Source: Limnochordales bacterium
GTDB taxonomy: Bacteria; Bacillota; Limnochordia; Limnochordales; ZCTH02-B6
Direction: 5' to 3'
Length of the DNA: 40,723 nt
NCBI GenBank assembly: GCA_036564115.1
Contig: DATCLD010000084.1
Span: 1 to 40,723, forward strand
The notes beneath the pieces were generated by a model. The model was not told the origin of the DNA. It did not search any database and saw only the letters and a list, made by a program, of their open reading frames with translations. Every line of letters begins with the position of its first letter. Positions within the stretch are counted from its first letter, which is position 1. Made by a program: the position numbers and the translations under genes. Positions 36,875-40,723 of this stretch are shown here, piece after piece.

Positions 36875-36907
36875 GAACCCCTGGTTGATCGATACGGGAA
36901 GGGGTTC
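36875..36907 (+). promoter_or_regulatory. Hairpin occluding the SD of the gamma-CA-family gene
   Basis: GAACCCCT (36875-36882) pairs with AGGGGTTC (36900-36907) across a 17-nt loop. The 3' arm overlaps the GGGAAGGGG SD, 5 nt before ATG 36912. Confidence 0.3.
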
Positions 36908-36911
36908 TGGC

Positions 36912-37433
36912 ATGGTCCGTTCCTTAGGCGGGCGGGAACCAAAGCGGGGAGCCCGCGTCTTTATCGCCGACAACGCGCAAATTATCGGAGACGTCGAATT
37001 AGCCGACGGCGTCAGCATTTGGTTCGGCGCCATCCTGCGGGGGGACATCGAGCCCATCCGCATCGGCGAAGACAGCAACGTCCAGGATGGCGTCATCATG
37101 CACACCGATGAGGGCTATCCGGTCGAAGTGGGCAAGCGGGTCACCATCGGGCACGCCGCGGTCATCCACGGCGCGGTGGTGGAGGACGAGGCCCTGATCG
37201 GCATGGGCGCCATCCTGCTGTCGGGTTCCCGCGTCGGGCGCGGCGCGGTCGTGGCGGCGGGGGCGCTTGTGCCCGAGCGCGCCACGATCCCGCCGGGGGT
37301 GCTGGCCATGGGCGTGCCCGCCCGCGTCGTCAGGCCCCTGACGGCGGAGGACCACGCCCGCATCATGCGGGGTGTAGAAAACTACCGCCTGCGGCGGGAC
37401 CGCTACCTGGCCGAAGGATTCGGCATCAGCTAA
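36912..37433 (+). CDS. Gamma-carbonic-anhydrase-family / left-handed beta-helix (hexapeptide repeat) protein, 173 aa
   Basis: [29 protein letters not shown]...[14 protein letters not shown]...[14 protein letters not shown] is the YrdA/PaaY/gamma-CA pattern, including the His ligands. ATG at 36912 has an SD; track start 36885 was trimmed. Confidence 0.85.
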   Translation: MVRSLGGREPKRGARVFIADNAQIIGDVELADGVSIWFGAILRGDIEPIRIGEDSNVQDGVIMHTDEGYPVEVGKRVTIGHAAVIHGAVVEDEALIGMGAILLSGSRVGRGAVVAAGALVPERATIPPGVLAMGVPARVVRPLTAEDHARIMRGVENYRLRRDRYLAEGFGIS

Positions 37434-37439
37434 GCCCGG

Positions 37440-38372
37440 CTATTCCGGCGAATCCTGAACCGGATTGCCCGGCTGAACCGGATTGCCCGGCTGAACAGGA
37501 TCGCCCGGCGCCGGCCGCTCCCATACCGGGTTATATAGGCGGCCGGAGCGCCCCCGCACAAGGGGGATGTACAGCAGCGTCGCGGCTTCGGCCCGCGCCC
37601 GGACATGGGGGCGGGCCAGGGTTTCCAGCTCCCGCATGCGCATGCGCCCGGCGGTTTCCACTGCACCGGCTTCGTCATGGTCCAGCGCCGCCCGGCAATA
37701 GCTGTACAATTCCTCGAGTTCCCGCTCAAGCCGCATGCGGGCCGCTCGCAGCCAGCCTGCGTCCTGCTCTCGGACCGCCCGTGCCAGGGCGTCGACAGCC
37801 CGCTCGTGCGCCTGGCCCAGGGAGAGACGCGGCGGCTCGGCGGGCGTCCCGTCGCCCTGCGGGATGAGGCGCCAGCGGGCCGGGTCGGCGGGCGTGACGG
37901 CGAAGGCGTCGCCGGTCACCAGGTCAACGGCCACCGGGACGAGCTTTTCCTGCGGCGCGTAGCCCACGTAGGCCACGAGGAAGTGGAAGATGAGGTAGGG
38001 CCGGTCCAGCGTGGCCCGCACGCCCGGTGGGCGCACCCAGGCCCTGCCCAGCCGGCCAAGCTGCAAGGCAACCGAAACGAGCTGCTCCAGGCGCCAGCTA
38101 CCGGCTGTCACCAATTCGGCCGCTTCGGTTTCCTGGTCAAACGAGAAAGCCAGATACATCGCCGCCCGCGGCTTAGGCAACGGGGAAGGCGGGAAGGAAG
38201 GCGCGAAGCGACGGCCTTCCAAAAGCGCCAGCTGCTCCGGGTCCAGCTCCACCCGTACCGCGTCGGCCGCCGGCTCGATGCGGGCGCCCAACTGCGCGAG
38301 CACCCCAAGCGCGAACTCCTTTACGGTCACCCGCTCCCCTGTCAGGGGAGCGGCCAGGGAATCGCTATCCAT
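37440..38372 (-). CDS. Uncharacterised YqhG-like SNF2-partner protein, 310 aa (module 2)
   Basis: It starts 12 nt after the module-2 helicase stop, with no SD. The N-terminus (VKEFALGVLAQLGARIEP..VRVEL), the middle (GSWRLEQLVSVALQLGRLGRAWVRP; YLIFHFLVAYVGY..EKLVPVAVDLVTG) and the RLERELEELYSY segment resemble my recollection of B. subtilis YqhG (Pfam YqhG family). Not searched. The C-terminus is a PG(D/N)PVQ x3 repeat. Confidence 0.7.
   Translation of the reverse strand: MDSDSLAAPLTGERVTVKEFALGVLAQLGARIEPAADAVRVELDPEQLALLEGRRFAPSFPPSPLPKPRAAMYLAFSFDQETEAAELVTAGSWRLEQLVSVALQLGRLGRAWVRPPGVRATLDRPYLIFHFLVAYVGYAPQEKLVPVAVDLVTGDAFAVTPADPARWRLIPQGDGTPAEPPRLSLGQAHERAVDALARAVREQDAGWLRAARMRLERELEELYSYCRAALDHDEAGAVETAGRMRMRELETLARPHVRARAEAATLLYIPLVRGRSGRLYNPVWERPAPGDPVQPGNPVQPGNPVQDSPE
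37455..37508. repeat. 3 x 18-bp tandem repeat inside the 3' end of the module-2 partner gene
   Basis: ctgaaccggattgcccgg occurs twice perfectly (37455-37472, 37473-37490), followed by ctgaacaggatcgcccgg (37491-37508, 2 mismatches). On the minus strand it encodes PGDPVQ-PGNPVQ-PGNPVQ. Confidence 0.9.
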
Positions 38373-38384
38373 GCGGGAGATCCA

Positions 38385-40310
38385 TCACCCCAAGATGCGG
38401 TCCAAGAGCTCGGCGCCACGACCGGCGGCTCGCGCCGCATGCACTTGCGCCGCTAGAGAATCCAGGCGCGCCTTTGCCTCGTCTGGACTTGCGCTGTCCA
38501 GGACGATGTCGGCGATGGCCTGTTCAAAGGAGCGATCCATGGCGAGGCGGGCCAGCACCGCATCCACATCGCCCAGGACGGCTTGGAACATGTTCAGCTT
38601 CTCGTGCAGGAGATAGAGGATGTACTCCTCGATGGTGTCTCGGGTCGCCAGATTGTGGATGTGCACTTCCCGGGTCTGTCCCAGGCGGTGCACCCGCCCG
38701 ATGCGCTGCTCAAGCCGCATGGGGTTCCAGGGGAGATCGTAGTTGACCACACGCCGACAAAACTGGAAGTTGAGCCCCTCGCCGCCGGCTTCGGTGCTGA
38801 CGAGCACCTGCGCCCGATGTCGGAAGAGCTGGCGGGTCCACTCCTTCTTGGACGCTGACATGGAGCCGTCAAAACCCAGCGCCGGGATGCCCGCCTGCTC
38901 CAGCCGCCAAAGAAGGTATTGCTGCGTCGCCCGGAACTCCGTGAACACGATAACCTGCTCGCCGGTTTCGCCTATCAGCTCGAGCAGCCGGTCGCACTTG
39001 GAGCTGACGCTGGCTAGGCTCTCCCCGAGGTCCAATAGCTCGCTGAGCCGCGCTTTATCGTCCGTGTCCTGCGCCCGCTGCAAAAGGACCAGGAGCGTCT
39101 CCAGAGCGGCCGGCACGCTGCTGACGAGCTCCCGCTGGAGCGTGATGAGGGGCAGTATGCCGGCTTGCCCGCGGCGGCGGTACTCCTCTCTGAGAAACCC
39201 GGTGACCGCGTCGTAAAACTGCCGCTCGGGTGGACTCAGTTCCACCGGGAGGGCGTGCACACGGCGGGGCGGAAACTCGATGGTGTGGGGACCCCGGCGG
39301 TTGCGGATCAGGCACGTGCGCAAGATGGCGCGCAGGGTGCCGGTGTCCCTGGGGGTGCGCTTGTCCAGCATGAACCGCTGCTGGAACTGCCGGTACGTGC
39401 CCAATGTCCCAGGCCAGAGAAGCGTGACCAGGTTGTACAGCTCCCGCAGGTCGTTTTGCACGGGCGTGGCGGTCAAAAGCAGGCAATAACGGCGCCGGAT
39501 CTGGCTCACCAGCCGCCAGTTGGCGGTGCGGGCGTTTTTGAGCTTGTGGGCTTCATCGACGATCAAAAGGTCGTATTCCAGGCCGAGAATGATGTCGCAG
39601 TGGGGCGGGCGTTTGGCGGTATCCAAGGAGGCAATGACCACCGCGCAACGCTCCCAGTCGTACTCGCTGCGCTGCAGGGCGGCGGTGATGCCGAACTTCT
39701 CTTTGAGCTCCCAGTACCACTGCCAGGTCAGGGAGGCCGGGGCGAGAATGAGCGCTCGCCGCACGAGCCGCCGCAGCATGTACTCTTTGAGGATCATGCC
39801 GGCCTCGATGGTCTTGCCCAGGCCGACTTCGTCGGCCAAGATGGCGCGCCCGTGCATGTCGCCGATGACCCGGCGGCATGTGGCCAGCTGATACGGGTAC
39901 GGCACCAGTCCCACTTGCCGCCAGCGCTCGCGGCAATGATCCTCGATGAGCAGCCGGTCAAGCCCGGGCCGAACCTCGAAGGCCAAGGCGGCCAAGGCCA
40001 GCCGGTGCTGTTCCCAGGTCGACCACGCCGCGGACTGCATGCACCGCGCGAGCTCAAGCAAGGCACTCTCCGAGGCCAATACCTCCGCGTCTCCGTCGCG
40101 CCGCGGCGGCAGGAAGCGCTCATCCACAGGCGCCGGGCCCCACGCCCCGGCCGCACTTTGGCCCAAGATGGGGACGTCGACGGGAAACGTCTTTAGGGGC
40201 AGCTTGAAACTGTGCAACCGCAAGGCCTCCCTGGCAAACGAGGCGGGATTCGTCGCCGGCCAGCAATCGTCGCCTGCTAGTGTAACCAGCCGTCCAGACG
40301 TCAACTCCAT
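38385..40310 (-). CDS. SNF2-family (RapA/HepA/YqhH-like) ATPase-translocase, up to 641 aa (module 2)
   Basis: It is a paralogue of 33784..35466, sharing LADEVGLGKTIEAG, LILAPASL, VDEAHKLKN, LLLTATPVQNDLRELYN, FTEFRATQ, STEAGGEGLNFQ and NYDLPWNPMRLEQRIGRVHRLGQTR. It has about 80 extra N-terminal residues. The start is uncertain: ATG 40310 has no SD, whereas in-frame TTG 40217 has AGGGAGG 8 nt upstream. Confidence 0.9.
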   Translation of the reverse strand: MELTSGRLVTLAGDDCWPATNPASFAREALRLHSFKLPLKTFPVDVPILGQSAAGAWGPAPVDERFLPPRRDGDAEVLASESALLELARCMQSAAWSTWEQHRLALAALAFEVRPGLDRLLIEDHCRERWRQVGLVPYPYQLATCRRVIGDMHGRAILADEVGLGKTIEAGMILKEYMLRRLVRRALILAPASLTWQWYWELKEKFGITAALQRSEYDWERCAVVIASLDTAKRPPHCDIILGLEYDLLIVDEAHKLKNARTANWRLVSQIRRRYCLLLTATPVQNDLRELYNLVTLLWPGTLGTYRQFQQRFMLDKRTPRDTGTLRAILRTCLIRNRRGPHTIEFPPRRVHALPVELSPPERQFYDAVTGFLREEYRRRGQAGILPLITLQRELVSSVPAALETLLVLLQRAQDTDDKARLSELLDLGESLASVSSKCDRLLELIGETGEQVIVFTEFRATQQYLLWRLEQAGIPALGFDGSMSASKKEWTRQLFRHRAQVLVSTEAGGEGLNFQFCRRVVNYDLPWNPMRLEQRIGRVHRLGQTREVHIHNLATRDTIEEYILYLLHEKLNMFQAVLGDVDAVLARLAMDRSFEQAIADIVLDSASPDEAKARLDSLAAQVHAARAAGRGAELLDRILG

Positions 40311-40311
40311 A

Positions 40312-40340
40312 TGGACAGCGTGGGGAGGGGATGGTATAAT
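40312..40340 (+). promoter_or_regulatory. SigmaA-type promoter of tRNA-Ala (extended -10)
   Basis: TGGACA (40312-40317), a 17-nt spacer and TGgTATAAT (TG at 40332-40333, TATAAT at 40335-40340). The predicted start is about 7 nt before the mature tRNA 5' end. Confidence 0.65.
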
Positions 40341-40353
40341 ACGAAAGCGGCAG

Positions 40354-40429
40354 GGGCCTGTAGCTCAGCTGGGAGAGCGCTGCACTCGCATTGCAGAGGT
40401 CGGCGGTTCGAGTCCGCTCAGGTCCACCA
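40354..40429 (+). tRNA. tRNA-Ala (anticodon CGC), 76 nt with encoded CCA
   Basis: Hand-folded cloverleaf. The acceptor GGGCCTG/CAGGTCC includes the G3:U70 alanine identity pair. The D arm is GCTC-AGCTGGGA-GAGC. The anticodon stem CTGCA/TGCAG has loop CTCGCAT (anticodon CGC). The T arm is GGCGG-TTCGAGT-CCGCT, with discriminator A and CCA. Confidence 0.95.
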
Positions 40430-40436
40430 ACAGCAG

Positions 40437-40471
40437 AACCCCTACGGACCGGTGGTCCGAAGGGGTTTTTT
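40437..40471 (+). terminator. Rho-independent terminator after tRNA-Ala
   Basis: aacccct-a-cggacc...ggtccg-a-aggggtt forms a stem of about 13 bp with one A/A mismatch, followed by a T tract through 40471. Confidence 0.8.
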
Positions 40472-40514
40472 CATGCCTTCGTGCGTGCCGCACCGCTGCG
40501 GGAACGGGCACACT

Positions 40515-40578
40515 GGGCTATTCGCACCAGTACCTTGGGCTATTCGCCCATCACTTTGGACTATTCGCCCATCACCTT
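40515..40578. repeat. Three tandem 21-22-nt repeats spanning the stop codon of the YjbQ-like gene
   Basis: Units are gggctattcgcaccagtacctt (40515-40536), gggctattcgcccatcacttt (40537-40557) and ggactattcgcccatcacctt (40558-40578). On the minus strand, units 3 and 2 both read K-V-M-G-E-stop. Confidence 0.85.
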
Positions 40579-40723
40579 GATGACAACCCGCTTCGGCCGC
40601 TGGCCGTCCCATTCGCCGTAGAACACCCGCTGCCACGGCCCGAAATCGAGCCGGCCGTTGGTCACGGGGATGATCACCTCATGGCCGATGGTCAGGCTGC
40701 GCAGGTGGGCCGCACCGTTGTCC
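40561..40723 (-). CDS. YjbQ/UPF0047-family protein (secondary thiamine-phosphate synthase-like), C-terminal fragment; 5' end beyond window
   Basis: Not in the ORF track because there is no start in the window. My translation of the minus strand is DNGAAHLRSLTIGHEVIIPVTNGRLDFGPWQRVFYGEWDGQRPKRVVIKVMGE-stop (TAG = cta at 40561-40563). This matches the conserved YjbQ C-terminus (..G.L.LGTWQ.I...E.DG.R.R.....GE). Confidence 0.75.
   Translation of the reverse strand, partial: DNGAAHLRSLTIGHEVIIPVTNGRLDFGPWQRVFYGEWDGQRPKRVVIKVMGE

Noticed and set aside
33784-40310. Interpreting the SNF2 modules as a known anti-phage system (DISARM DrmD, Zorya ZorD or similar).
   Set aside because: None of the obligatory companions are present: no methyltransferase, no DrmA/DrmB/PLD-like gene and no ZorA/ZorB MotAB-like genes. 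There is no nuclease domain and no mobile-element context, and the GC content looks native. A defence role therefore remains pure speculation and is listed only as one possibility.
40311-40636. Track ORFs 40311..40580(+), 40391..40621(+) and 40442..40636(-).
   Set aside because: They run through the tRNA-Ala gene, its terminator and the tandem repeats, and show no SD or protein-like composition.
40354-40723. Integrative element inserted at tRNA-Ala, with the direct repeats at 40515-40578 as possible att sites.
   Set aside because: No integrase or other mobile gene is visible. The repeats are tandem copies of the neighbouring gene's 3' end rather than a duplicate of the tRNA 3' half. The window ends too soon to test further.

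Overview
Very GC-rich (roughly two-thirds G+C by eye, not computed) 40.7-kb chromosomal segment from an endospore-forming Bacillota (Firmicutes)-type organism; I cannot name the species. All family assignments come from motif recognition by eye; no searches were run. Layout: (1) 1-4.1 kb holds housekeeping genes: a pepF fragment, a small TraR/DksA zinc-finger protein, cutA, citrate synthase and a stand-alone sufB. (2) 4.3-21.8 kb is a tightly packed division/cell-wall (dcw) cluster on the plus strand: mraZ-rsmH-ftsL-class B PBP-murE-murF-mraY-ftsW/spoVE-murG-murC-murB-murA-divIB-ftsA-ftsZ. It lacks murD. (3) 21.9-25.4 kb is a sporulation sigma island: spoIIGA-sigE are inverted relative to ftsZ and sigG, followed by sigG-spoIIR and ylmC. 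(4) 25.5-33.7 kb carries nrdR, pgeF/ylmD, ftsK/spoIIIE, hslO, a 929-aa UPF0182 membrane protein and spoIIP. (5) 33.8-40.3 kb is the least conventional part and my main candidate for an undescribed system. It contains two convergent, paralogous two-gene modules, each an SNF2-family ATPase plus an uncharacterised YqhG-like partner, bracketing a gamma-carbonic-anhydrase-family gene. One partner has a Cys-rich multi-CxxC tail and the other has a tandem-repeat tail. (6) The window ends with tRNA-Ala(CGC), which has its own promoter and terminator, and the 3' end of a YjbQ/UPF0047 gene. No rRNA, CRISPR array, transposase or integrase was seen. Many long ORFs in the six-frame track are antisense shadows typical of high-GC DNA and were not called.
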